A stretch of DNA of 63,730 nucleotides, the filler included, from Octopus bimaculoides (Eukaryota), in assembly GCF_001194135.2 (NCBI RefSeq). It is 6 parts of 5 records of this genome, joined end to end, with 100 filler letters (N's around TTAATTAATTAA, not from the genome) between each part and the next. Parts side by side here need not be neighbours in the genome. Positions count along the whole stretch, not along the records: positions 44,374 to 54,880 come from NC_068981.1; positions 54,981 to 60,770 come from NC_068989.1; positions 60,871 to 62,170 come from NW_026313109.1; positions 62,271 to 63,730 come from NC_068981.1; 2 more parts are not named here. One strand, given 5' to 3'. Below are positions 51,260 to 63,730 of the stretch, piece by piece. Every line of letters starts with the position of its first letter. The first letter of the stretch is position 1. The notes under the pieces were generated by a model. It was not told the origin of the DNA. It searched no databases and was given only the letters and a program-made list of their open reading frames with translations. The translations under genes were made by a program, and so were the position numbers.

Positions 51260-52759
51260 CATACACACACATATATATACATACATATACATATGTTTTA
51301 TGGTGCTTTTATTTTTTGTCTTCTTTTCTGTTTATGGTTGTTCTTTCTTCAGGGTTAAACGTTCGTATCACCTGTGAGACTCATCAGTCGTTCGATAAAA
51401 GTTACACTGATGACATTCTCACTCTTTCAGACATTCTATGTATGCATTAGGAGAAGGGGGAGGGTAAGCGGATTTACTTGCGTGCATTGATAGAAGGAAG
51501 GGTGGTGGTAGGTTTGTATGTATGTGTGCTAACAGAAGACGTCACCTCATTTATATGTGCCCATTTACAAATGCAATACAACGTATTGTTTGTCCATAAA
51601 AAAATCTTAAAGTTATTTTTTTCCTGTTTTCGTTATATTTCATAAATGGCAAGAATTTGCTTTAAAAAGAATTTATTTTTGTGTATCGATATATGTTGAC
51701 TTTTTATTTTCTGTATTGTCTCTTCATACGTTAATGATTTAATAATTTTTAACAAATGCCGTTCATTATTAGATCTTTGTTCTGGCTGTCTGTGAGGTAC
51801 TATATGTTATATAATATATGTTATATATGTTATATATGTTATATAATATATGTTATATATGTTATATAATATAGATGCAGCAGTAGATGGCAGTGCATTT
51901 GCACTTTATTTCATTTTGAAACTGTTTATTAATATTATTATTAATTGTTTTTTTTTTTTTACAAGATAAAGTGTCAGTGTAATAAATTATATCGATAAAT
52001 GTTTTATTGTTGTCGGTAGAAAATTTACGATAAATGAAGTTTGAATTTGTGAAGAAGTTCATTCATTCATTCATTCATNNNNNNNNNNNNNNNNNNNNNN
52101 NNNNNNNNNNNNNNNNNNNNNNNNNNNNNNNNNNNNNNNNNNNNNNNNNNNNNNNNNNNNNNNNNNNNNNNNNNNNNNNNNNNNNNNNNNNNNNNNNNNN
52201 NNNNNNNNNNNNNNNNNNNNNNNNNNNNNNNNNNNNNNNNNNNNNNNNNNNNNNNNNNNNNNNNNNNNNNNNNNNNNNNNNNNNNNNNNNNNNNNNNNNN
52301 NNNNNNNNNNNNNNNNNNNNNNNNNNNNNNNNNNNNNNNNNNNNNNNNNNNNNNNNNNNNNNNNNNNNNNNNNNNNNNNNNNNNNNNNNNNNNNNNNNNN
52401 NNNNNNNNNNNNNNNNNNNNNNNNNNNNNNNNNNNNNNNNNNNNNNNNNNNNNNNNNNNNNNNNNNNNNNNNNNNNNNNNNNNNNNNNNNNNNNNNNNNN
52501 NNNNNNNNNNNNNNNNNNNNNNNNNNNNNNNNNNNNNNNNNNNNNNNNNNNNNNNNNNNNNNNNNNNNNNNNNNNNNNNNNNNNNNNNNNNNNNNNNNNN
52601 NNNNNNNNNNNNNNNNNNNNNNNNNNNNNNNNNNNNNNNNNNNNNNNNNNNNNNNNNNNNNNNNNNNNNNNNNNNNNNNNNNNNNNNNNNNNNNNNNNNN
52701 NNNNNNNNNNNNNNNNNNNNNNNNNNNNNNNNNNNNNNNNNNNNNNNNNNNNNNNNNNN

Positions 52760-52802
<43 letters not shown>

Positions 52803-52967
52803 CATACATACACAGACATGCACACACACATATATATACATATATATATTATGAACACATACATATATTTCGTGTAGTTTTTATATCTCAGCTTTCATAA
52901 TTGCGTATGCTTTTGTATATATTTATGAATGTATGTGATAATGTAATTCATGCAATGCGTATAAGTG

Positions 52968-53221
52968 TTAGTGTCCTACATCAAATATTTCCCGCAGTAG
53001 TGGTGTTACATCTGAGTCTTTAGAGGCGCTGAGAAAACTACCTTTTTGCAGATGGCGGCCGAAATTCTCGGTAATTTGACGAAGATCTGGTATAAGTAGA
53101 AGCAGCTTTGGAAAAAGGAGGCGCTGGCGTGGATGATTATGCTTCAATTCAAGTCGAAGAGCATCCAAAAGATCCAACTGAATTTGTTCGATTTTGTGAG
53201 ATTCGTGCAGCCCAGGGACAT
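52968..53221 (-). CDS. Terminal coding exon of a nuclear receptor, LBD helices 9-12 (NR1 subfamily, PPAR/E75/E78-like)
   Basis: Minus strand has a pyrimidine-rich acceptor (catttttttttctgccattttctctAG, AG at 53223-53222), then a phase-1 start reading (D)VPGLHESHKIEQIQLDLLDALRLELKHNHPRQRLLFPKLLLLIPDLRQITENFGRHLQKGSFLSASKDSDVTPLLREIFDVGH* (TAA at 52970-52968). By eye this matches the NR1 pattern DxPGL...IExIQxxLLxALxLxLKxNHP...LFxKLL...DLRQI...PLLxEI, closest to PPAR as recalled. A phase-1 intron at this Asp is typical of NR genes. Upstream exons not found. Confidence 0.9.
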
Positions 53222-53967
53222 CTAGAGAAAATGGCAGAAAAAAAAATGATGTAATTTATATACAATACATTGTGTACATATCAATATATATGCGTGTTTG
53301 TCTTTGTGCATGTATGCATATATATATANNNNNNNNNNNNNNNNNNNNNNNNNNNNNNNNNNNNNNNNNNNNNNNNNNNNNNNNNNNNNNNNNNNNNNNN
53401 NNNNNNNNNNNNNNNNNNNNNNNNNNNNNNNNNNNNNNNNNNNNNNNNNNNNNNNNNNNNNNNNNNNNNNNNNNNNNNNNNNNNNNNNNNNNNNNNNNNN
53501 NNNNNNNNNNNNNNNNNNNNNNNNNNNNNNNNNNNNNNNNNNNNNNNNNNNNNNNNNNNNNNNNNNNNNNNNNNNNNNNNNNNNNNNNNNNNNNNNNNNN
53601 NNNNNNNNNNNNNNNNNNNNNNNNNNNNNNNNNNNNNNNNNNNNNNNNNNNNNNNNNNNNNNNNNNNNNNNNNNNNNNNNNNNNNNNNNNNNNNNNNNNN
53701 NNNNNNNNNNNNNNNNNNNNNNNNNNNNNNNNNNNNNNNNNNNNNNNNNNNNNNNNNNNNNNNNNNNNNNNNNNNNNNNNNNNNNNNNNNNNNNNNNNNN
53801 NNNNNNNNNNNNNNNNNNNNNNNNNNNNNNNNNNNNNNNNNNNNNNNNNNNNNNNNNNNNNNNNNNNNNNNNNNNNNNNNNNNNNNNNNNNNNNNNNNNN
53901 NNNNNNNNNNNNNNNNNNNNNNNNNNNNNNNNNNNNNNNNNNNNNNNNNNNNNNNNNNNNNNNNNNN

Positions 53968-53999
<32 letters not shown>

Positions 54000-54699
54000 G
54001 TGTGTGTAGTAATTATTATTATTAGCCTGTCTATTTCGTTATTCTAATTATGTAGATGCAACAAACATATAGACAAACAGAGAAACAACTAAGAGAAACT
54101 TGCACTGAATAAATGTGTTTTATTGTTTTCTTCTAGAAGGTTCAGTTCGAGATCGTTTCAGTAGTACGGCTCCCATGTTCGGGATAATGCCACGTAAACG
54201 TAAAATCTCGTGCTTAATCACACGGCATGAAGCAAAAACAAAAAAATGTGACCAATTAACATACTACCGGCCAATAATATATTTCAACCTCTAATTAGCA
54301 TAATCACTATCTCCGTACCCTTCCTTTCCTGCCATCCTTATAATGGTCTCTGCTCTTTACAGTTATGACCTTTCACCACTTGTACCCGACGTACATATTC
54401 TTCTCAGCACCCGTATCACTTTCCGTTCCCAACCTACTTGTGTTTCCCTTTTCTTAACCTTTCTTTGTCTAGGGATTCCACCATTACATCTGTGTACGTG
54501 TGTGTTTGTATGTGTATGTATATATGTGTGTGCATGTGCATGTGTGTGTGTTTGCGCGCATCTGTACGTGCGTAAAACAATACTAAGTGCGCTGAACGCT
54601 ATTGTCTCAGGTTCTAGAATCCATATAGCATGTTACCCTGCTTTCGTGGCATTCTTCCTGAAGAATATGCCAGGCCGTCGCAGAGGTAATCATTTTAAA

Positions 54700-54830
54700 G
54701 CTTTGTGAACTGAAATAACGTGAAATAAAGTGTTTTCTTCATGAATACTCCGCACAGACCGATCTTGGAAATCGAAACTACAAACTTGAGTTTGTGAACG
54801 CATCAGCCTTAGCACTAAACCACATGCCTT
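54700..54830 (-). mobile_element. tRNA-derived CORE-like SINE, diverged
   Basis: gtgaaataaagtgttttc...atcgaaactac...cactaaaccacatgcc is similar to 17390-17526. Confidence 0.5.
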
Positions 54831-55616
54831 CACACGCACACAGACACAAACACACACACATATGTGTGTGCATGTATATANNNNNNNNNNNNNNNNNNNN
54901 NNNNNNNNNNNNNNNNNNNNNNNNTTAATTAATTAANNNNNNNNNNNNNNNNNNNNNNNNNNNNNNNNNNNNNNNNNNNNATATATATACAGACACATCC
55001 ATACATATATTTATATATATTCATGCATTCGATAATATATACAGCAATGTGCATAAACATGAACGCACACACACAAATGTATGGATGTATACATATATAC
55101 CTAAATACATGCATTCATTAGAATATGGGTAATGACTCTTTACATCCACGTATGTACTATAACAAAAGGAGGGCTCTCGTCTATGTTTAATCCCTAACCA
55201 AATGGTTTATGCGTCAAAAATAAATTTGAAATGCTATATTTCGATGGCAATGCTGAATAACATTGATTATAGATTTTGATATAAAAAGATTCTGATTGAC
55301 GACAATGACAAAATATAGACTTCTGTAGAGGTTTATAGAGTTGCAGTCATCACCTCTGTAGAGATATAGAATAGGATACAGAGGGGCACATTGATAGAAA
55401 AATAGACATTGCCCAACTTTTATTTTATTTTTCATTATGGCCTTTTACGGGATATGTATATATGTAAATATCTATGTGCATGTCTTGAAATATTAGGGAC
55501 ATATTCAGTGTACATATTTACTGCGTGGTAGCACCTTGTGCCAGTGTTTTCTAATATATTTTTATGAGTGTAATTTATAGACGGAAATTGTAAGAAGCCT
55601 GTCATATATATATATG

Positions 55617-55649
<33 letters not shown>

Positions 55650-55676
55650 ATGTGTGTGTGTGTGTGTGTGTGTGTA

Positions 55677-56198
55677 CAGGGTGATTGAAAAGTAACTTCC
55701 TATTTTAAAATAATTATAAATTATTTCTGAGTTATACAGTAGCAGCACGATAATTTGATGGTTTTTTTGCCAACTTAATGTGGCATTCCCAATTAATTGT
55801 AATTTTTTCTCAAAATTTTGTTTGTTTTCTGAAGTATGGAAATTTAATCTGTTATTGTATTGCTGACTTAACATCCAGTGACTTCTTTCTTTGAGGTTGG
55901 TTAAAGGAGCAAGTCTACTGTACCAAACCAAAGACTTTGGAAGAACTTGAAGGTTGAATACGAGAAATTATGTCTTCTTCCATCGCACAAGAGTTTCTGG
56001 TGAAATGAGCTGACGCAATTCCTGGATGACTCAAGAACCTGGTGGCGACATCTGGAGCGCATATCGAATTTTAAATAAAACTCCATACTAAAAGCTTCGC
56101 TCTCATATCCATTTGTATTTTTTTTCTTTTGTAAAAATTAGAATTAATAAATAATTTATAAGTACTTTCAAATAAGGAGTTACTTTTCAATCACCCTC
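55677..56198 (+). mobile_element. Tc1/mariner-superfamily deletion derivative (522 bp)
   Basis: About 50-bp TIRs cagggtgattgaaaagtaacttcctatttt... and ...aaataaggagttacttttcaatcaccctc, with TA on both sides. Internal decayed transposase C-terminus DLTSSDFFL*GWLKEQVYCTKPKTLEELEG*IREI...LKNLVATSGAHIEF*. Confidence 0.85.
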
Positions 56199-56232
56199 TA
56201 TATTAAAAAGCTTAGCCATCAAGCGCAAGTGA

Positions 56233-56490
56233 GTACGAGGGTGTGGCTAGTTATTTCAGGTGTCTTCCTAGTTCCGAACAACTATCCTTGACTCAGCAGA
56301 AGATCGACGATATGAGAGTTGGCAGGGGGATTGAAAGAGAGGGCTGCATCATCACTAGACTGGCCCCAAATTTTCAGATGAATAAACCGAAGCAGGGTAA
56401 AACGCACCATCAGATCCGGGGAAACGAACCCACGAACTTCATGATCGTTAGCCCAACACTCTAATTCACCAGACATTGCGCCATTCATTT
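56233..56490 (+). mobile_element. Possible mariner remnant
   Basis: Starts with tacgagggtgt (a mariner-like terminus) and contains SLAQHSNSPDIAPF, resembling the HPPYSPDLAP motif. No second TIR seen. Confidence 0.35.
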
Positions 56491-56495
56491 AAATA

Positions 56496-56542
<47 letters not shown>

Positions 56543-57260
56543 GTGTGTGTATTTGTGTGCGTGTGCGTGCGTGTGTGCGTGTGTGTGTGCGTGTGTGTGC
56601 ATGTGTTTGCGCACGCTTCTTTGTGTGTGTTATATACACCCCCTTCACACACACACTGAGGCACACACATTTTTGTCTGAAGATCGTTTTTATAGAAAAC
56701 ACAGATTAGAAATTTAGTTTCAATTTGTGGTTGTGTGGGTGTAAGTGTGAGTGCGTGTGTGAGTATGTGTGTGTGCGCGCGCGCCTTTGCATGTATGTGT
56801 GCGTGTGAGTTGGGGTGTAAGTGTGTGTATTTCTTTGTGTTTGTTTGCATATGTCATCACACGTAGAAATGTATGTTAAAAACAGAAACACATAATGTAT
56901 TGCAGTTGTTTATAATATAACGGCTAAAATCTCTTAAAAAAGAACATCTCAGATAAGGGATTAAGAATTGTAGGGATCATGAGTGTTAATCATGTGACGT
57001 GTCTGAAAAATCTTCATGTGCACAAGGAGACGAGAGATAACTACGATATATCTGAAGGATGAAGATGCCCTAAAGCTATTATAATGTGATAACAAATATC
57101 GACTTTTTGCCTCGCTTGCAAATCTGTTCTTTTAAATATATATATATATATATATATATATTACTCCTTTCTTTTTTCGATAACTGTCTTGATTAGGTCA
57201 AGACATGAAGAAAAACTATTTTTGTTGTTTCTGTAAGTCATCAATGATATCCTAGCAGAA

Positions 57261-57374
<114 letters not shown>

Positions 57375-58629
57375 GACACTCAGGCATACATACATACACA
57401 TAGACACGCACATATATACATACGTACACACATACATATGTACACATACATATACATATGTATATATATATATATATTTCTTTTCCAACTTTGTGCAGAT
57501 TGTTTGGATGGAATGACCACAATATAGAAGTTGTAAGTGGTAATGATATTATCGTTGTTGTTGTTGATACTGCTATTGCTGATTCTACTGTGATTATGAT
57601 AATGATGGTGCGGAGGAAGAGAGAAGTCTTGAGTTGCGGTGGCGAAAATGATTTTATCTTCCGACGTTTTAGTCAAAGAGCATTCACTTGATCATCGCTG
57701 AGTTTACCACAGTCGAAACGTGTACCCTAAACATAATTCTCAAGGTGAATCGGCAGGAAACAAAATATACGATAAGTTTGTACCTTTGAATTAAAAATGC
57801 AGCCTTTCTAGCATGTTCCTTCTTCACAGTTTACATCTACCCTATTTGATTTTTAAGGCTTAGGTCGAGCAGAGAATAGAATAAAAACTATTTGTCCAAG
57901 ACAAAATCAACTGCAAATATCGGGCATGGGAGCACATTTTTCCCAACCTAATTTCTTAACAACTCAGCCAGGACAGTGCCATTACAGCAATAATATTAAT
58001 AGAGAAAAACTCAAATGTAAACGATTTAAGGACTGCCAATATAATTTCATTAAACATAGTGGTTTGTGTATGCGTGACATCTTTTGTGGGGAAACATCAA
58101 TTGCAATGAATTTTGAACAGTAAACCTAAATGTCAGATTCATTGGAACATATTTCATAAAAGATTTTTCAGAGGGATAGTACAATTGGTAGCAAGTCAAA
58201 CGAAATACTTTGTGGTATTTGGCCAACCCACTTTACGTTGGGTTTTCAACCTGATTCATATCCCTCTTATATTTCTTTATCCATCCAATGTCAATAAAAT
58301 AGATACCAGTCGATACAATACGTGGTATGGCCAATATAATGAACTCCATCCCAAAATCACGAAAATTTTTCGGAAAATGAGGAAATACAGAGAACAAATA
58401 TTAGAAATATAGAAGTTGACTGCAAAGAAAAATAGGATGGACACGGCTGGAACGTTTATGTTTAACTAATTAGACTTGTGATGTGGGATAAACAATAGCA
58501 CACTAATAGTATTAACAGCTCGAATTAAAGAGAATCCATAACAATAATGGCCAACATTTGTGTACGATGACAACTAAAACCATGACAATATTGACAGCTA
58601 ATGGGAGAAAAGGTGGATTGTAGCTTTAA

Positions 58630-58850
58630 TAAGAAAAGCAGCTGAAGTTTCCAGAAACTGTCACCTCAGCAATCGGATACACTACTGAGTTTCAGAAGCC
58701 TCCAGGCAGGTGGTTCTGTTAGAAGCGTCCGATCTCCGTGAGGACCGCATCAGGGAGGCAAATGAGAGCAAGAGAAGGAAATATGCTGAGCTGGAGAAAA
58801 TATGTCAATGTAATAGGTGGTAAGCAAGATGTGATCCTATTAAGGTGGAA
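58630..58850 (+). mobile_element. Hero/R2-like non-LTR restriction-like endonuclease fragment
   Basis: KQLKFPET, then after a frameshift SEASRQVVLLEASDLREDRIREANESKRRKYAELEKICQCNRW*ARCDPIKVE. Resembles the QVVLLELTVPWEDR.EEANERKRAKY.EL...GW.ARC.PIEVG motif as recalled. Confidence 0.75.
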
Positions 58851-59695
58851 ATAACATATTTAGGCTCTACCTTCATTAGTTATAAAATGTAAATCGCACA
58901 CTCAAAATAACAAGTCAAACCTACAGAGATATATAATCTTTATACGTAACATTACTTGATTGTTGAATTGCTGACGGAAGTAGCGATCCTAAACATAGGG
59001 ACAAATTGTACTTAAGATAATGTAACTATATATCTTATAAATAATCACTCATCTTTTGTTTTGTTATATTTTCTATATGTACCCTGTGATATACCCAGTT
59101 CTGAAGGTCATTCTAAGTTTAAGTGATACCAGAACATATCATATTTCACCACTATTTCTACTGTCCTTTACCCTTATATTTTATGTTCCGTCACCAAGAA
59201 TATACTCTAAGAACGCATATCTAATACATGAATCTTCAGTTCACTTCACCCACCAGTATGGGTAACATCTTGAATAAAGCTGCATAGGACTGTCAGCCTT
59301 TAGATGAATGTATATTGCAGTTGATTTTATATAAATCAGCTCGACTAAATGCACATAATTGCTAAATCAAAGTACTCTAGAAACACGTATCGGAATGGAA
59401 TATGAAACAACAGCAGAAACACGTATCGGAAACAAATATGAAAAAAATACTTCAATAAATAAAATTTGAAGATGTACAATTTTCCATTCTTCATTATGAT
59501 TATATACTGAATATGTTATACAATGAGGCGAACTCAGGATTTACCTATCAAGTGAAGTACAGTTTAATTGTCTATCTTAAAAGATCCTGAATGTTCCTTA
59601 ATATTTGATGCGGTTAACCAGATCTGGATTGTATCAGAATGCTCATAAGGTACATCACCGGATTACAGATCCTTATTCTTTTGTGTTTTATATAT

Positions 59696-59822
<127 letters not shown>

Positions 59823-60418
59823 CATACACATAAACACACACACATACACACACACACAAATATTCCAGCCCCATTTCACATTGAAAACTGGGGTCTTACA
59901 GAAATTCTTCTAGAATTCTGTATGTTGAGGCAAGTATTACCCAATTTCATGGTATATTAAAAAAAGAATCCTGGTGATTTGAAGTACCGTACTTGGATTG
60001 GAATTCATTCTGACACAATATATGAAGAAACGTCCAAAACGTTCAAATCATTGATTTCACTCAGGTTTCTGTCAGTTAAAATTCTTCATTTTCCTGTTTC
60101 AAAGTCCAACATTTTGAGGAAGCCTTATACCCCATTTCTTTCTCACTGTATGTCTTTATCTATCACAATTTTCTCTCCCTCCATCCCTCTCTCCCTCTCC
60201 CCCTCTCTCTCTCTCTTTCTATCTATATAACTGTTTATTTATGTGTCTACCCATCTGTCTATCTGTGTAAGTGTGTGCATATGTTTGTATATGTCTGCAG
60301 GTATGCATCTGTCTCTTGTCTAAATATGTTCTCCTTGGAATTTTATCCCAATTTATGCATACAAATGGATGTATGAAATATATATACCTATTAATATATG
60401 CAATTCTATGTGTGCATA

Positions 60419-60449
<31 letters not shown>

Positions 60450-60724
60450 AAGAGAGAGAGAGCACATACAAGTGTGGGCACAAGTGTATTGATACATGTA
60501 TATGTATGTGAATGTGTATGTATTATGCATGCATGGATAATACCGCAAAGTAAACGACGTTAAACTTTCTGAAGTCTATTATGCGAAAAATGATATGGAC
60601 GCTTATTTGCCTTTGCATTTATTTAAATATAAATATTTTACGCATACAAATACAAACACACACAAACATATACACACACCTACACATGACATTATACATA
60701 TTTATATAAATATATACATATATA

Positions 60725-60770
<46 letters not shown>

Positions 60771-60880
60771 NNNNNNNNNNNNNNNNNNNNNNNNNNNNNN
60801 NNNNNNNNNNNNNNTTAATTAATTAANNNNNNNNNNNNNNNNNNNNNNNNNNNNNNNNNNNNNNNNNNNNGAAGAAGAAG

Positions 60881-60919
<39 letters not shown>

Positions 60920-60967
60920 ATCGAGAAATACCTAAGGAATAAGAACTCAGTTTCGAAATTTCCCCAG

Positions 60968-61013
60968 AATACCTGATGAAGGCTGGAGGGCATATCAGCC
61001 GAAACCTTGTATT
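60968..61013 (+). ncRNA. Minimal hammerhead ribozyme motif of a Penelope-like repeat, helix III degenerate
   Basis: AATAC - CTGATGA (60973-60979) - extra A - GGCTG/gagggcatat/CAGCC - GAAA (61001-61004) - CCTT - GTATT. Stem I (5 bp) and helix II (5 bp) are perfect. Helix III reads ACCU where a self-complementary ACGU would be expected. Confidence 0.75.
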
Positions 61014-61049
61014 AACAACAAACAAAATGAGGACATATATCTGTCAAAT

Positions 61050-61310
61050 GTAAATAATGTAAATAATGAACTTGATGGATGTTGCAGAAACATACACGAT
61101 ATATTTATTAAAATTCTTTCTTTCATTGGTTATGGCGTTTCTGCAGGGCAAATCGTTAGATATAATACTATTATTAATAATGCTAATAATTTTTTGGAAA
61201 GAATAAATAAGCTGTTAAGACATTTAGTAAAACAAGGTTATAAACATGGCAATTTGGATAATACTTTTAATCGCTGTTTAGGTGGGAAGCTTGAAATTTT
61301 AAATAAATAA
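61050..61310 (+). mobile_element. Penelope-like element, RT C-terminal (thumb) fragment
   Basis: Open frame ...NIHDIFIKILSFIGYGVSAGQIVRYNTIINNANNFLERINKLLRHLVKQGYKHGNLDNTFNRCLGGKLEILNK* (TAA 61308-61310) resembles the PLE YGVxxxQxxRY...FxxR...LxxQGY...L segment. It directly follows a hammerhead-bearing repeat. Missed by the ORF track. Confidence 0.6.
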
Positions 61311-62270
61311 GTGGTAAATATCTAGTCTTCAGCTAAGCAAATATTTATAAGGATTTGAAGGTTTACGATTCTAGTTATTTGTTTACTACGTAACCGTTAT
61401 TGAAACAGTTGAAAAATTGGTAATTAAGCACTGTCATCTATATTTAGTTGCTCTTTAAATTCTTGGGGAGGGAGTTGCGTATTTGATGTAAACATGTAGG
61501 TGTTAATACTTGTAGTTTTAATACTTGTAGTTTTATTGTCTTTTAAACAGTTTAATAAGCTTTAAACATAACAAGGTTTATAATATTAGTTTATTATAAG
61601 AACTTTTATTAGTTCCTCATTAATGTTTAGTGTTTATTAGTCACCTTTAGTTTAATATTATAACTTGTAATTGTAATATAATGAGTATGTAGTGTTTTAT
61701 TATTAACTTTTGGGTGATGAAATAATATATTTCACTCATAAAAATATTAGTTAAATCAATTACAATTGTTTTGTTTTGGAAAAAAAATTTATAACGTTTG
61801 AACTTTCATTATAGTTGTATCTATGGAGCAACCGTGGGATTATTATTTAATCTGGACTTAAAGATGGATAGCATTTTAGTATATAATTTACTTATTGCAG
61901 TTTACTATTAATACCGATACAATGTACATTGATTCAAAGGTCTCTTGTAGTTTTAGTAAGTTTAGTGTTTAATCCTGCCTATATATTGATTAAAATAACG
62001 TGATTATTAAGCTCTACTTTTATATTACACAACGGAAGACGGTATGTATTATAATTTTTTTATGACTTAATAAAGTTGTTGATGTTTAGTTACATATTTA
62101 GGAGGAGTTGTGATTACTTATTGAATTTATTTATCGATATGGTTGTACACTAAGTAAATGTATGTATCGGNNNNNNNNNNNNNNNNNNNNNNNNNNNNNN
62201 NNNNNNNNNNNNNNTTAATTAATTAANNNNNNNNNNNNNNNNNNNNNNNNNNNNNNNNNNNNNNNNNNNN

Positions 62271-62318
<48 letters not shown>

Positions 62319-62639
62319 TATCATGTAGTGTATCAGCGTATACGATAAGCTGTTGAGATATTGCTATATTTGTTATCACACACACCAACAGAGACAGATG
62401 TTTTAAGATGGATCAACTTTCGCTTGGCTTTGTTGTTTTGCGTCTGTTTCTTTCTTGTTTTTTTTTCTTTCTTCTTTTTACTTTCTCACCTTTGCTTTCA
62501 TTCCTTCCACTTAGACAAATTAAACACCTTACGTCGTGGCTGAGGTTTGGAAAGAAGCCTTTGTTATATTTTTCCTAAAAACTAAATAAATCTGCAAGAC
62601 AATGGAAAGTAGGAAAGCGAACATATGAACACGCTACGA

Positions 62640-62703
<64 letters not shown>

Positions 62704-62855
62704 ATAAATATAAATATAACTGAAGCCTATATATTTGTCTATCATTTTAAAGTAGAGCAGTGATGCTTGATTCATTATCTCATTAATCCTCCAATTAAAT
62801 GTTTGTTTTATTTCATTTAAAAGAGATTCATTGTACTTTTTCAATTAAATTTCTT

Positions 62856-62891
<36 letters not shown>

Positions 62892-63349
62892 CACACACAC
62901 ATATAGATACATATATATAGATACACATACACACACACACACATATATAGATAGATGCGTGTGTGTGTATGTATGCATGTATGTAAGTATGTATGTGTAT
63001 ATGTGTGTGTGTGTATATATATATATGTGTGTGTGATTAACAACAACAACAGCTTCGATATTATGATCCTACGTGGTTCCCTGCACATGGGAACAAAATA
63101 TGAGAAAGACGTGCTGGTCATATATGGAATAACTTTGATCAGAGTTCTGCGCAAAATTGGTGACCTGGATGCAAACAATGAGAAGAACAATATTAAATTA
63201 TTCTGAATACGTTCAGTGTCATAGGGGACACGGTATTGTCGATTCAATTAAAAGCTAGTTAATTACTGGTATTTGTTTTCCGAGCAACAAAACGGGCAAA
63301 TTCAGGCATAATTCTAATATCATAGGACCCTAAAACAATAAGGTGTCAT

Positions 63350-63533
63350 AATATTGGTTTCTAAATTTTGACACAAGGTCAGCAGTTTCGAGGAAAGGAC
63401 TGAGTCAATTACATCGGTCCCAGTGCTCAGCTGATACGTATTTTATCCTTCCCGAAGGATGAAAGGCAAAGTTGAGCTCGGTGGAATTCGAACTTAGAAC
63501 GTAAAGACGGACGAACTGCCAGCTCGTCGCCCT
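63350..63533 (-). mobile_element. SINE-A with internal deletion, abutting the tail of a third-family SINE
   Basis: ggatgaaaggcaaagttgagctcggtggaattcgaacttagaacgtaaagacggacgaa joins directly to ctgccagctcgtcgccc. Confidence 0.75.
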
Positions 63534-63540
63534 ATGAGGT

Positions 63541-63730
63541 ATCTCTTTTACTCTTTTACTTGTTTCAGTCATTTGACTGCGGCCATGCTGGAGCACCGCC
63601 TTTAGTCGAGCAAATCGACCCCGAGACTTATTCTTTGTAAGCCTAGTACTTATTCTATCGGTCTTCTTTTTGCCGAACCACTAAGTGACGGCGACATAAA
63701 CACACCACCGTCGGTTGTCAAGCAATGCGG
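63541..63730 (-). mobile_element. SINE third family, 3' part (continues beyond the window)
   Basis: tctcttttactcttttacttgtttcagtcatttgactgcggccatgctggagcaccgcc...gccgaaccactaagtgacgg. Confidence 0.75.

Noticed and set aside
51352-51393. Hammerhead-like CUGAUGA-hairpin-GAAC on the minus strand, 1.6 kb downstream of the receptor stop
   Set aside because: A15.1 is missing, helix II has a mismatch and no stem I can form. Attractive as a 3' UTR ribozyme but unsupported.
57640-57730. Minus-strand FDCGKLSDDQVNAL resembling the NR F..L...DQ..LL signature
   Set aside because: An in-frame stop follows immediately, there is no WAK motif and no donor site.

Overview
AT-rich, repeat-dense eukaryotic scaffold with many N gaps. 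The SINE families, microsatellite load and assembly linkers suggest a cephalopod, probably Octopus (inference from recalled repeat consensus, not a search). One host coding exon is well supported: the terminal exon (53221-52968, minus strand) of an NR1-subfamily, PPAR-like nuclear receptor ligand-binding domain, which the ORF track only partly shows. The rest is mobile DNA and simple repeats: about 20 copies of one tRNA-derived SINE plus three other SINE families, five R4/Dong-type non-LTR fragments tied to (TAA)n tracts (three in a head-to-tail array), a Hero/R2-like endonuclease fragment, two Tc1/mariner deletion derivatives with TIRs and TA TSDs, a hAT-type MITE, two Helitron remnants and a Penelope-like RT fragment. 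The main hunt result is a set of type I hammerhead ribozyme motifs: a near-canonical one at 41445-41495 (+), one with a long extended helix II at 23829-23950 (-), one next to the Penelope-like RT at 60968-61013 (+), and several decayed relics. Also notable are three abutting near-perfect hairpins at 33202-33320 and a degenerate 31-bp array built on a SINE A-box. All protein matches were made by eye and many repeat boundaries are approximate. Most long ORFs in the track are gap or microsatellite artefacts.
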